Source: Leptolyngbyaceae cyanobacterium (GTDB lineage: Bacteria; Cyanobacteriota; Cyanobacteriia; Phormidesmidales; Phormidesmidaceae). Taken from it: a stretch of 64,000 nucleotides of DNA. The notes beneath the pieces are model-generated. The model saw nothing but the letters and a program-made list of their open reading frames with translations. It was not told where the DNA came from and searched no databases. The stretch covers positions 10,680 to 74,679 of the forward strand of contig CBDHHL010000033.1 in assembly GCA_965263355.1 (NCBI GenBank), read 5' to 3'. Shown here piece after piece: positions 38,460 through 47,660 of the stretch (the stretch's first letter is position 1; each line of letters opens with the position of its first letter). The translations under genes were made by a program, and so were the position numbers.

Positions 38460-38741
38460 TTAATCATCTTCTTCTATCCTCAGCAGGTCTAGTATCGCTA
38501 CCTCTTGTCCAGACCAGATAGAGGCCAGTCGTGCCAATTTCACTTGGTTCGAGAAATGCCCCCTGTCCAGTCGTCCATCTAACGCCAATCTCAAAGTATT
38601 ACGGCCCACTTCGTTAGGACCACCCAAAAGACTTGTGTACACGGAATTAACCGATACGGGCTCCCCCGCTTCATCTTTGGGCCAGTATTTCGAAATATCT
38701 AAGTAAACTTTCACGGCGTCAGGCATAGACAGAACATCCAT
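38460..38741 (-). CDS. Putative HTH repressor
   Basis: Divergent from a consensus promoter with repeated operators; VGRNTLRLAL helix. Confidence 0.55.
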   Translation of the reverse strand: MDVLSMPDAVKVYLDISKYWPKDEAGEPVSVNSVYTSLLGGPNEVGRNTLRLALDGRLDRGHFSNQVKLARLASIWSGQEVAILDLLRIEEDD

Positions 38742-38759
38742 AGATTGTCCTCCAAATAC

Positions 38760-38843
38760 TTGACTTTTTGGAATATTAACGCATTGATTTACTGAAAGTC
38801 AACACTTCAACCTATTGACATGTTGAAAGTCAACGTGCATAAT
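38760..38843 (+). promoter_or_regulatory. Promoter with repeated operator
   Basis: TTGACA-17 nt-CATAAT (38815-38843); TGAAAGTCAAC at 38793 and 38824; inverted partial copy at 38760. Confidence 0.7.
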
Positions 38844-38886
38844 AGTAGCCAAGCAAGCAGACCACCCCTCACACGGAGCTAAACCA

Positions 38887-39273
38887 ATGATCGCTACAGC
38901 CGCTACTTCCATCCGCTCAACTCTTCCTAACAAGGTTGATGCCGAACTTCGTTTGGCGGTTGGATTGATTCTTTCTGCCCACGATCTTTTGGATCAAGGG
39001 CAGAGGGCTGATGCGATGTTTGGTGGTGGTGGCCGCTATGAGGCCGATGCAGTAGAAAACCGCTTTGGCACCAGCCTAAAGATGTTTAACCGTGTTCGTC
39101 ATGCGTTTGAAACTATCGAGCAGTGGAGAGAAAAAGCTCCTAAAAATATTGATTTTGACGCTTTGCTCCATGAGTACGGCGAGTTTGATGTTCTTGAAGA
39201 GCCAAGAATGACAGGTCAAGGCTACCTATACCTGAATGGTTCGCTGACGCCGCCAGTTATTCCTGTCAATTAA
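38887..39273 (+). CDS. Hypothetical protein
   Basis: GGAG SD. Confidence 0.65.
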   Translation: MIATAATSIRSTLPNKVDAELRLAVGLILSAHDLLDQGQRADAMFGGGGRYEADAVENRFGTSLKMFNRVRHAFETIEQWREKAPKNIDFDALLHEYGEFDVLEEPRMTGQGYLYLNGSLTPPVIPVN

Positions 39274-39337
39274 CTCCAGGCTCTGAGCAAGCTTCCAATA
39301 CTGCTCGCGTAATTAAACACCGCCGGAGCCCACGACA

Positions 39338-39550
39338 ATGATCAACCTTCCTCAGCTGCAGAGATCCTTGGACAATACAATCCTTGCCTACCAGCAAGAC
39401 AAGCCGGTCACCACCAAGCGACTACACCTACTGTCTGAAGTTCGCTTGCGGGTGACCCTAGATGGCAATATCCCTGAGCAGTACCAAGACTTGCTGACTG
39501 ACAGGATGATGCAGATTCAAGCATACGCATTCAATCAGCAGCAGCACTAA
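39338..39550 (+). CDS. Hypothetical protein
   Basis: GGAG SD; preceded by a pseudoknot motif. Confidence 0.6.
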   Translation: MINLPQLQRSLDNTILAYQQDKPVTTKRLHLLSEVRLRVTLDGNIPEQYQDLLTDRMMQIQAYAFNQQQH

Positions 39551-39625
39551 ATTCCATAACAAAGCCCTGGGGAGCTACCAACTACACCAGGGCCTTGCAG
39601 CTCAAACTAATAGCAATTCGAACTA

Positions 39626-40093
39626 ATGAAAACTTTAGCACTAGAATTCCGTCAAACTCATCCAAATCAATACCTAATCATTGACGCTGACACTCGCGTT
39701 CATGGCCATATAGGATTTGATGCAACCTCTATGCGCTGGGAATATGCGCCATACGCTCAATCCGTAAAGGCAGTCGGCACCTTGGAGGAATGCAATGCTG
39801 CTGCTGAGGCTGACTACGAGGAGTGGCTAAACCAGTCGGTCGTCACTCATGTCTCCAGTAAATCTATGCCCGCTTATTTGGCTACCAATTCCAGCTGGCG
39901 TACTGCAGGCGATGGCTATGTGACTGAAGTGACTGTGAAGACCCGCGACAACGAAACCTACACCATCAAAACACCTAGCGAATTTGCCAGACAGTTATCC
40001 GTCGGCACTACTGTCCAGTTATTCCCCACACAGACAGGTGTGGCCATCCGCTGGACTCGTAAACCCGTCCGTCGGACAGTCGTTGCAGCGTAG
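39626..40093 (+). CDS. Hypothetical protein
   Basis: 155 aa ORF. Confidence 0.6.
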   Translation: MKTLALEFRQTHPNQYLIIDADTRVHGHIGFDATSMRWEYAPYAQSVKAVGTLEECNAAAEADYEEWLNQSVVTHVSSKSMPAYLATNSSWRTAGDGYVTEVTVKTRDNETYTIKTPSEFARQLSVGTTVQLFPTQTGVAIRWTRKPVRRTVVAA

Positions 40094-40999
40094 GGGGTTA
40101 GCCATGAAATACGTACAGCTGATCGATCATGACAACTCCGATGTTGTCTGGTTGATCTGGGCCAAGGGCCATGTAAGCGCATTTGACAAAGCTCGTCGAA
40201 GGGGGGTGCCTCAATCGTTCTCCTTGGCAATGAACTTTGACCCTGAGTATCGTCCGCTGTTCAACGGCTAAGTTTCACCCATCCATAGCCGATCACCCCA
40301 CTTCGGTGGTCGGCCTGTAAACACTAAGGAATTAATCAAATGGCATTAAGCAAAAAGCAGGCTGCAGAGGTGGCCGCACGGACTAGCCTGCCTGAATGGC
40401 AAGTCCAGCAGATAGCAAAGTTCGCGAACGTCAAGCCCACAGTCAAGCAGGAGCAGAAGAAGAATGGTTAATTTAACTCAGTTTTCAGTACGCCTCACTA
40501 CCTTATGTATCCTGTGGTGTGTCGTTAAGTTTGCCCAGTACTTACTTAAGTGCTGTGACCGCATCCAAGACGCCGACTCTACTGGCTGGGCCGAAATCCG
40601 GCTGCAGTGCGATATCCGGCAAATGGTTGAGGATGCTGCCAGGAAAGCTTGGGACCAGGAACGCGGTTGGGCTTGATAGAGTACTGATAAAACGTCAAAT
40701 AAGAGGAAATATGAAGGACGAGGAAAAAGAATATCTATACAATGGCCGATATATTTCGCTTGAAAAGCCAAAATCGCTTAATGAAGCGCTCAATATCTTG
40801 CCTGCAGGAACCCTACTGAGTGGGGCCGTGGCAGTAAAGATCCTTTTCAATGTCACATGGCTATCCATGGCATTGTTTTTCTTGGCGATAATCCCAGCTA
40901 CCTTAGGAGCACTGACCCTTGGTCTAGCTGTTGTCGTTGAAGTAGCAAGCTACCTCAAAAAACGCAGCCAATAGCTCATAAGATTGGGTAAGCTTCGGT

Positions 41000-41029
41000 G
41001 ACGGGGACTCTGCGGGGTCCTCGTTTTTT
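41000..41029 (+). terminator. Intrinsic terminator
   Basis: GACGGGGACTC/GGGTCCTCGTT followed by T-tract. Confidence 0.7.
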
Positions 41030-41094
41030 ATTGTGGGGCCTTACCTTCTGGTTGGCGGTTGCAGGGGCTTGGGACCCTGGATAGGGTGAGGGGA

Positions 41095-41538
41095 TCACCT
41101 GCTCCCGTCTTTCCGAGAATATATCTCACGCATTGCACTAGATCTGGCAGAAATAATCCAAAACTTATCCACTTCGTATTTATGCGGTATTATCCCGGTC
41201 CAAAATGAATTAAAAACAGAAAACGCCTGTCCGACTGGGTATCGTACCCACACTAAATCGCATTCGTGAAGCCTGCCAGTATCTTCGGTCGAAAGGCTTT
41301 CTGGTATTGTCAGCCTTAGTTTAATAGGGCTTGCCTGTGATTCTTGCTTGATATCACAGACATAAGAATTCCCCCACGGGACATCATTGGGCGTAATTAT
41401 TTTTATCTTGAAGCTTCTGGCGCTCAAAATATATCTGCTGTTTTTCTGACTTATATAAAAAGCATCAGAGGAGTCAAACGGTGCCTCAAAGTGCCTCACT
41501 AAAAACTGTATATGCATCTCAGTATTACTCATCTCCAT
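41095..41538 (-). CDS. Hypothetical protein (AT-rich moron)
   Basis: 147 aa ORF. Confidence 0.5.
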   Translation of the reverse strand: MEMSNTEMHIQFLVRHFEAPFDSSDAFYISQKNSRYILSARSFKIKIITPNDVPWGNSYVCDIKQESQASPIKLRLTIPESLSTEDTGRLHECDLVWVRYPVGQAFSVFNSFWTGIIPHKYEVDKFWIISARSSAMREIYSRKDGSR

Positions 41539-41585
41539 AAATTAAATCACCGATGCCTCTAGCGGATAGATTGAGCCAATATTGA

Positions 41586-41843
41586 CTAATCTTGAAGCCC
41601 TTTCTCTATGGCTGCGATCGCCTGAACTATCTCGACGTCATCGCCAGCTTTTTCCTTTATCACTTTCAGTGCTTCAGCCATAGCCTTGCGCTTAGACTGC
41701 GACTGCCTTTTGGCAACCGCTTCCCTGACTATAGCTTCCGCCAAATTAGAAAGGCTTCGAAAATCTTCGTCGGCCCAGGCTTCTAGCTCTGACTTTAATT
41801 CTTCGTCTGCAATGAAAGATATTCGCGACTTCTGGGTGGGCAC
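41586..41843 (-). CDS. Ribbon-helix-helix regulator
   Basis: RISFIADEELKSELEAWADEDFRSLSNLAEAIV. Confidence 0.85.
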   Translation of the reverse strand: MPTQKSRISFIADEELKSELEAWADEDFRSLSNLAEAIVREAVAKRQSQSKRKAMAEALKVIKEKAGDDVEIVQAIAAIEKGLQD

Positions 41844-41948
41844 TGACTCAATTGATAACGTCTAGCCAATATTAGCTTAGTGCTTCACTTATGCAATAAA
41901 TCTGCTAACAGTGTTGCACTTATGAGCACTTGTGCTAAAGTATTGACT

Positions 41949-42009
41949 ATGTTCAGGACATGTCCGAAACGTTCAGGACATGTTCAGCGGATGTTCACCC
42001 AGTGTTCAT
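41949..42009 (+). repeat. Helically phased GTTCA direct repeats
   Basis: GTTCA at 41951, 41971, 41982, 41993 and 42004, with degenerate GTCCG at 41962. Confidence 0.8.
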
Positions 42010-42052
42010 CGAAATCGCTAAAACACTGATTCTCTCGTTGACCTTTCTCTAA

Positions 42053-42283
42053 ATGTCCATTGACACTCTCTTGAATGTGACGCAAGCCCATGAACTCGCC
42101 ACCGAATTGGTGGGCGCTGAAATTTCAAGGACAGCGTTTTACAACTGGCGTGTTTTTTTGAATATTAGGAAGCGGTTTTACACGGTTGATGAGGTTGAGG
42201 CGATCGCGTTATTCGGTTCGTACACTCGCAAGGGCTTGTCCAAAAGAGAAGCCCTTGCTGCATGTAAACAACAAAGTTCTTAG
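42053..42283 (+). CDS. MerR/Xis-like winged HTH protein
   Basis: EISRTAFYNWR...RFYTVDEV. Confidence 0.7.
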   Translation: MSIDTLLNVTQAHELATELVGAEISRTAFYNWRVFLNIRKRFYTVDEVEAIALFGSYTRKGLSKREALAACKQQSS

Positions 42284-42285
42284 CT

Positions 42286-42663
42286 ATGGATAATTCAGTT
42301 TTTGACAATGCTCAGTATGCTGACGAGACTCAGCAATCAGAGACCAGTACAGCATTAGTCGCCCAAGGCGTTGCTAATGCACAGCTTCAAAATATTTCGA
42401 CCACATTGCAGGACGCAGCAGCACAGAATGATTTGATTGCTGAGACGCTCGCTCCTCAGGTGCAAGATTTTTTCGCGCACGACTTGGAACGAAAGTTGCT
42501 AGGCAAATTGGACTTAAGCGGAGCGATTCAGCGCCCAAAGCTGGAGATCGTGAACATGGAGGAAGTAAAGGCGATGCTGCCGTCTGCTCCGAGTATCACG
42601 GTGCCAACCTTGCCCCAAAGCCTCTCCCCATCGGCGGCATTGTTGCCTGTGGTGGATTATTAG
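42286..42663 (+). CDS. Hypothetical helical protein
   Basis: Operonic. Confidence 0.65.
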   Translation: MDNSVFDNAQYADETQQSETSTALVAQGVANAQLQNISTTLQDAAAQNDLIAETLAPQVQDFFAHDLERKLLGKLDLSGAIQRPKLEIVNMEEVKAMLPSAPSITVPTLPQSLSPSAALLPVVDY

Positions 42664-42689
42664 GGCTTAGCTGTATCGCTGGTGGTTTC

Positions 42690-43067
42690 ATGGCGTTAGC
42701 TGGGTTTGGCAGTCTTCAGTCTCAGTGGTCTGCCGACAGAAGCCACCAGCGTTGGCTAGCTGAGCGAGAGCGAAAAACAGAGCGAGCTATTAAAGGCATT
42801 GATGCTCAAGGCTCAATCGCTCAAACCTATGCCGATAACAATCAAGCGCAGTACAATGCCTTGGTCATTGAGGGGTATGTGTGCAGCGACTTAACTCCTC
42901 CGAGGTTTGATATTCAAGGGCAGTCAATGGTAGATGACTACGTCAAGGTTTTTGACCAAAATCGGCTAATCATTGGCACGCTGCATCCGCTCAATATTCA
43001 CCCTAACGGGTACTTCCAGTTCCATCCTGTTTGTAGTAACGAAAATGACAGCATCCAGACCAATTAA
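42690..43067 (+). CDS. Probable membrane-anchored protein (true start may be upstream)
   Basis: The frame is open upstream and encodes a hydrophobic helix. Confidence 0.6.
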   Translation: MALAGFGSLQSQWSADRSHQRWLAERERKTERAIKGIDAQGSIAQTYADNNQAQYNALVIEGYVCSDLTPPRFDIQGQSMVDDYVKVFDQNRLIIGTLHPLNIHPNGYFQFHPVCSNENDSIQTN

Positions 43068-43845
43068 AGATGACAACATTTGGGTAGCCGTTGGGGCAGC
43101 TCCTTTTAGAGCCGCTACTCGTAGCTACCGCTATTTATCTAGCGTGCCAGGTTTTGGCCTGGTAGCGCATGTGGCGACTACCTACTGTGCTCTTTTGTCT
43201 ATTGAAAGTGTCATGGTAGCTGTGCCTGTCAATCACCCTCAGCGCTCTGAATTCACGACCAAGGCTGAATACAAAGAAGTTGTTGAAGCCGTTAGGCGGA
43301 CACGACGGTTTGTCCCTAAGTTTGCAGTGAATGATGGAGCCGATATTAGGCGGTTACTGCCCATCGCTAATCTTCATAATCTGCTGGTTAACGAAGTCAC
43401 AAAAGACTGGGAGTGGATGCCTGATTTCATAAGAGAAAGGGCAAAATCTGAGTTCTGGACAGTTTGGAGTAACCCCGCTTTATTTGTTCTTGCGGCTAGT
43501 ACTGCCATTATGATCCAGCGGTTTGAGGCTGTTTTCATAAGAAAGAAATCAGCGGAGATCACCAAAGCTCAGTTCGAAAAAGCTAATTCCATGAAGAAGG
43601 TTGAGGCTGACCCTAGAGCGATCGCTCTAGCAGCTATCCGAGCAGAGGAGCATAACCGGCAAGGGATGGGTGAAGTAGGCGTTGGTTATGCTGGTATTTG
43701 CTTGCTGTACATCGTTGAATTCGGCGCTTTTTTGGGCTCTTTCTCAGGTGCGGGCAGCTTTATCGTTAATACGATTTATGCGTTGCTAACTGTGTTTGGG
43801 TTTGAGTTGTTTGATCGCTTCACCGGGGACGAGGTTGAGGAATAA
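43045..43845 (+). CDS. Multi-pass membrane protein
   Basis: About 4 hydrophobic segments. Confidence 0.7.
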   Translation: MTASRPIKDDNIWVAVGAAPFRAATRSYRYLSSVPGFGLVAHVATTYCALLSIESVMVAVPVNHPQRSEFTTKAEYKEVVEAVRRTRRFVPKFAVNDGADIRRLLPIANLHNLLVNEVTKDWEWMPDFIRERAKSEFWTVWSNPALFVLAASTAIMIQRFEAVFIRKKSAEITKAQFEKANSMKKVEADPRAIALAAIRAEEHNRQGMGEVGVGYAGICLLYIVEFGAFLGSFSGAGSFIVNTIYALLTVFGFELFDRFTGDEVEE

Positions 43846-43867
43846 ATGATTGTCTAGAAAGCTAGCT

Positions 43868-45268
43868 ATGTCGTATCGAAACAGATTCATCATTCAGGCC
43901 AAAAGCCTCAGGAATAAAGCGTCTCAGACAAGGCAGTTGGCCCAACTGGGAAAAGCAAGCGGATTGACAACCATAGCTGTGGGTGCGGCTGGGTTGCTAG
44001 GGTCTGCTGCAGCTGCTGTTCCTTTGGCTGTAGGCGCTGTCACTTATGCCGCCTGCATGGTGTGCGAATCGTCTAGGACAAAGCGCTTCATGCCGTTGCC
44101 CTGGAATAACTGGGATGCTTTGAGATCTGCTAATAGTCATGCTGGCATTTCAACGGGATATCCAGAGCTAGGGGTTCAAGCTCACCATTATCTAAGCCAA
44201 GAAGATAAGGCTCGATTTTACCTGACAAATTATCAGGGCCATATGTTGACAGCATTGGCTGAACAGGTAGGGCCTCAAGAGTTCAACCACATCACTATCA
44301 ACATGGTTGACACCTTGATTGGCGTAGCTGGGAGATGGCTGAATTACCCAGAGTTGATGTCTGAGGCAGCTGGAACGGACTTGTTAGAGATTGCTGCCTC
44401 AGCGATTCCCGACGCAGCACCCGCTATCCCCAAACGTCGTCCAAAGAAAATGCCCAAGTCAGTCAGGACAATCCCTGCCAAGGTAGAGCCTGTATCCACA
44501 CCTAATGCTGATCAATTTGAAGAAGACCCATGGCTAGAACCACTAGAACCAGTCGCTGCAACGAAAGCATCCAGCAGGCGCGCTTCAGCTCAAGAATTGA
44601 TCATTGCTAGGCCGTACGTTTCTAGAGCTTTTTATGGCGCTCAACGATCTGGAAAAACATGGCTAGCTGCTGTTTGCTCTGCGGAGTTAGCAGCATCCGA
44701 TCTTAAAACAAAGACTTTTTATATAAATCTTTGTCATGCCGAGGCAGATTCATTGGATATATGGAGCCATGCCAAAAAGGTAATTGCTGACTTGTCTGTC
44801 TGTGATGCATATACGGCTGAAGACGCTATTGAAGATTCACTAGAGCTAATCGACGAGGCTATGAAAAGCCCTCACAGCTTATTGATTGTGGATGAGTTTA
44901 TTTATACAGCATCTACAACTAATCAATACGCTGAACAGATGAAGCCATTGGTCACTAAGCTGGCCGACAAAATCACTACACTGTCTAGTGCCGGGACTAA
45001 ACGAAAGCAGGCGATATACACCATCGCCCCTAACATTGTCGCTAGCCGGTTGTCTAATGATGGGAAGGCTGTTAAGTCGCTTGAACCCACGTTAGTTGGC
45101 ATTGCGCCTGGATACAGTATTGACGTGGATGGCCATGCTGTGATCTGGAGTGACGAAGTGTTCACGCAGGTCTACGACAATTACAAAGGGGTTCAACACC
45201 CTGGTGATAAAGATTATCTTTCAGAGCGCATTGCTTGGGTGAACAATAAGTGGAGGCCAGTGTCGTAA
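43868..45268 (+). CDS. Membrane-anchored P-loop ATPase (FtsK/HerA/TraB-like)
   Basis: N-terminal hydrophobic hairpin, Pro-rich linker, GAQRSGKT Walker A, LLIVDE Walker B. Confidence 0.7.
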   Translation: MSYRNRFIIQAKSLRNKASQTRQLAQLGKASGLTTIAVGAAGLLGSAAAAVPLAVGAVTYAACMVCESSRTKRFMPLPWNNWDALRSANSHAGISTGYPELGVQAHHYLSQEDKARFYLTNYQGHMLTALAEQVGPQEFNHITINMVDTLIGVAGRWLNYPELMSEAAGTDLLEIAASAIPDAAPAIPKRRPKKMPKSVRTIPAKVEPVSTPNADQFEEDPWLEPLEPVAATKASSRRASAQELIIARPYVSRAFYGAQRSGKTWLAAVCSAELAASDLKTKTFYINLCHAEADSLDIWSHAKKVIADLSVCDAYTAEDAIEDSLELIDEAMKSPHSLLIVDEFIYTASTTNQYAEQMKPLVTKLADKITTLSSAGTKRKQAIYTIAPNIVASRLSNDGKAVKSLEPTLVGIAPGYSIDVDGHAVIWSDEVFTQVYDNYKGVQHPGDKDYLSERIAWVNNKWRPVS

Positions 45269-45342
45269 TGGCGGTCAAGGCAATAAGCCCATGGGGATGG
45301 ATAAGCGAGATCAGGTTGAGTTAATGAAGCGTATGCGAGGCG

Positions 45343-45561
45343 ATGATTCAAATGGATATTCTGTTATTTGGTTTAATAGCCATGGCTATCATGGCAATAG
45401 AAAATATCTTCACTTCTGACGCTAGCAGAAAGCAAAATAAAAAAATTGCTTTCTTGCAAGAAGAAATTGACGAACTAAATAAACAAGTGAACATCCTCAA
45501 AAATCAAACCAAACGATTGGAAACTTTAGAGGAGATTGTAATTGATCGTGAAACGCTATAG
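45343..45561 (+). CDS. Small membrane/coiled-coil protein
   Basis: N-terminal TM followed by heptads. Confidence 0.5.
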   Translation: MIQMDILLFGLIAMAIMAIENIFTSDASRKQNKKIAFLQEEIDELNKQVNILKNQTKRLETLEEIVIDRETL

Positions 45562-45564
45562 AAA

Positions 45565-45834
45565 ATGATCGAAATCGCAGACGCAACAGATAATGAGGTC
45601 TATTATCCCTGTGGTTATTTTGAGTCTTTAGAAGAAGCAAATGCTGCCATAGACTCTTATTTTCAAAAGCACGGCATACCACCGAATTTTGAGGTCACAG
45701 ACGGATTCGTGATCAAGCTTGAACTAAGGGAATTGCCCATTGGTTTGACGACTTCAAGAAGCGTAGTTTCTCGACGCATTTGGACGGAAGAGTACGATTC
45801 AGAAAAAGATATCTATTACTGGGCTGAGCAATGA
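45565..45834 (+). CDS. Hypothetical protein
   Basis: Packed ORF. Confidence 0.55.
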   Translation: MIEIADATDNEVYYPCGYFESLEEANAAIDSYFQKHGIPPNFEVTDGFVIKLELRELPIGLTTSRSVVSRRIWTEEYDSEKDIYYWAEQ

Positions 45835-46214
45835 TTCTATTCTGGCCATCGGTGCCACTAAGAAAACGTGCCAGGCTCCCCAGTAAGCCTGGGCTCTATG
45901 CCGTACGTTGGCTTTTTATTACTTGGTACGTTGGCAAGTCGGTGAATCTGAGGAACCGCTGGGAGAATCACCACCGATACCCCCAGGTAAAACGACTACC
46001 CTGGTGTAGGATTGCGTACTGCACTATGCACAAAGATGCAATCCATGGCGCAGAAAGGAGACTGATCCGGCTCAACAAACGGCCATGGACTTGGAATGAT
46101 ACGCGAGTGCCTAGCAAGCTGGAACTATGGCGAGGTGATGCGATTCGGGCAATACTGTCTTGGGTTTGTCTTATGGGATTGGGTTTGTTGGCTGTTGAGT
46201 TACTGGGAGGATAG
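45831..46214 (+). CDS. GIY-YIG nuclease-like protein with C-terminal TM
   Basis: PGLYAV..WYVGKSVNLRNRW..HHR..E; hydrophobic tail. Confidence 0.8.
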   Translation: MILFWPSVPLRKRARLPSKPGLYAVRWLFITWYVGKSVNLRNRWENHHRYPQVKRLPWCRIAYCTMHKDAIHGAERRLIRLNKRPWTWNDTRVPSKLELWRGDAIRAILSWVCLMGLGLLAVELLGG

Positions 46215-46484
46215 AATAGTCTCGTCACTAATTTTGGAGCATCCCACAGAGTCTTTGACCGACTGGGCGACTTCTTCCTCTGGTGGCAGTAGAGATATAG
46301 TACTAACTTAGCCAGCGCCAATGCTGGCTTTTTTGTTAGAATGGCCTTGTTATCTCCGAAACAAATACTCCTGTGTTCTCCCCGTCCCGACCGACGGGGT
46401 TCTTTTTTGCGCGTATGGACGTATTGACACTATCGCCTGAGCAAATTGTTATCCTTGAGGTGAACCTTCAGAGTTTTAGGCACC

Positions 46485-46685
46485 ATGGAAAATACCTCTT
46501 TTTTCACAGACCACCTAGCCACCTGGCTGGGCAATGATATTGTCCTACTAGCCTTAGGCTTGCTGTACAGCTACACCCAAACGACACGACCAGGCCGCGT
46601 GGTTTCTGACCTCGTCGAAGAGATCAAGGAAAACTCCCAGTCCACTGAAGCGAACATGCTAAAAGAGCTGATCAAAAACTCATGA
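46485..46685 (+). CDS. Small membrane protein (holin-like?)
   Basis: One TM segment. Confidence 0.35.
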   Translation: MENTSFFTDHLATWLGNDIVLLALGLLYSYTQTTRPGRVVSDLVEEIKENSQSTEANMLKELIKNS

Positions 46686-46996
46686 AGATCGACAACCTTA
46701 TCAAGCAGGTCGGATTCGGCCTACTAACTGAGGCCGTCAAACAGCCCACAGTGCAGGACGTCGATATTGACACTGCTAAAGGGCTAAACCAATGGGCTAA
46801 GGATACGCTTAGGGTGGGTGAAGATAATCTACCATTCCCGTTCATCCATAGCGGGAACAAATCACTAGGGGGCAACTGGGATATCCCCGCTGACAGTTGG
46901 GGCATTGTTTTTCCGCTGCAGCGTCAGTTCTGGTTGCATCATGGGGGCAACTCCTACAGGGTTATTAATGGCCGGACTCAGCCCATGGGCTTTTAG
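46682..46996 (+). CDS. Hypothetical protein
   Basis: ATGA-coupled; followed by a terminator hairpin near 47054-47084. Confidence 0.55.
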   Translation: MKIDNLIKQVGFGLLTEAVKQPTVQDVDIDTAKGLNQWAKDTLRVGEDNLPFPFIHSGNKSLGGNWDIPADSWGIVFPLQRQFWLHHGGNSYRVINGRTQPMGF

Positions 46997-47204
46997 GATA
47001 AGATCGAGCAGTAATTTACACGAATTTAGTTTGTGTGAATGGGAACTTCTTTCAACCCTCGGCTACGGCTGGGGGTTTTATTTTGGCAACGATGCGAACC
47101 AAAGACCGTCACTCATTCAGGTGGCGGTTTTATTGGAAGAGCCCTCTTCCAACCGCAAGTTAAACTGTGCTAGGGTGGGTCTAACCTCTAGAAGATAAAG
47201 ACCA

Positions 47205-47408
47205 ATGCCAAGAAAAAAAATAGGCGTCGCCCAGTGGGGGTGTTCGCTGCCAGAAGAAGCCAGAGAAAGTCTCAAGGAAGTACTCAGAAACCTTGACTGC
47301 CTATACAATGGGCAGCCAAGTCTAGGAGTTTTCTTGACGAAAATATGGAGAGGGGAACTAGTCATATCAAAAAAAATTGAGATTCCCCTTGACGGCAATA
47401 ACCTCTAA
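47205..47408 (+). CDS. Small putative DNA-binding protein
   Basis: RHH-like pattern; palindrome CAATAACCT-CTAA-AGGTTATTG at its 3' end. Confidence 0.45.
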   Translation: MPRKKIGVAQWGCSLPEEARESLKEVLRNLDCLYNGQPSLGVFLTKIWRGELVISKKIEIPLDGNNL

Positions 47409-47660
47409 AGGTTATTGTTAAAACAGTTAAGGCAAAGGAGCCGAAGAAAGATGGAAATGTTCACTTTAGAAGACCAAATCAGCTATCAGCTTAATGAAAT
47501 TCTTGAGGCCGCATCAGAAAATAGTGTTTTGCCTCAATTTATTGAATGGGAAGGTAATGGTCGCAAATATAAAATGCCAAACGGCAGCTTCTCTTTGTTG
47601 GTAACAACAGAAAACGAGGTGGAAGGAATTGCTTCGCATTTTTGGACTAAAGCGACTAAC

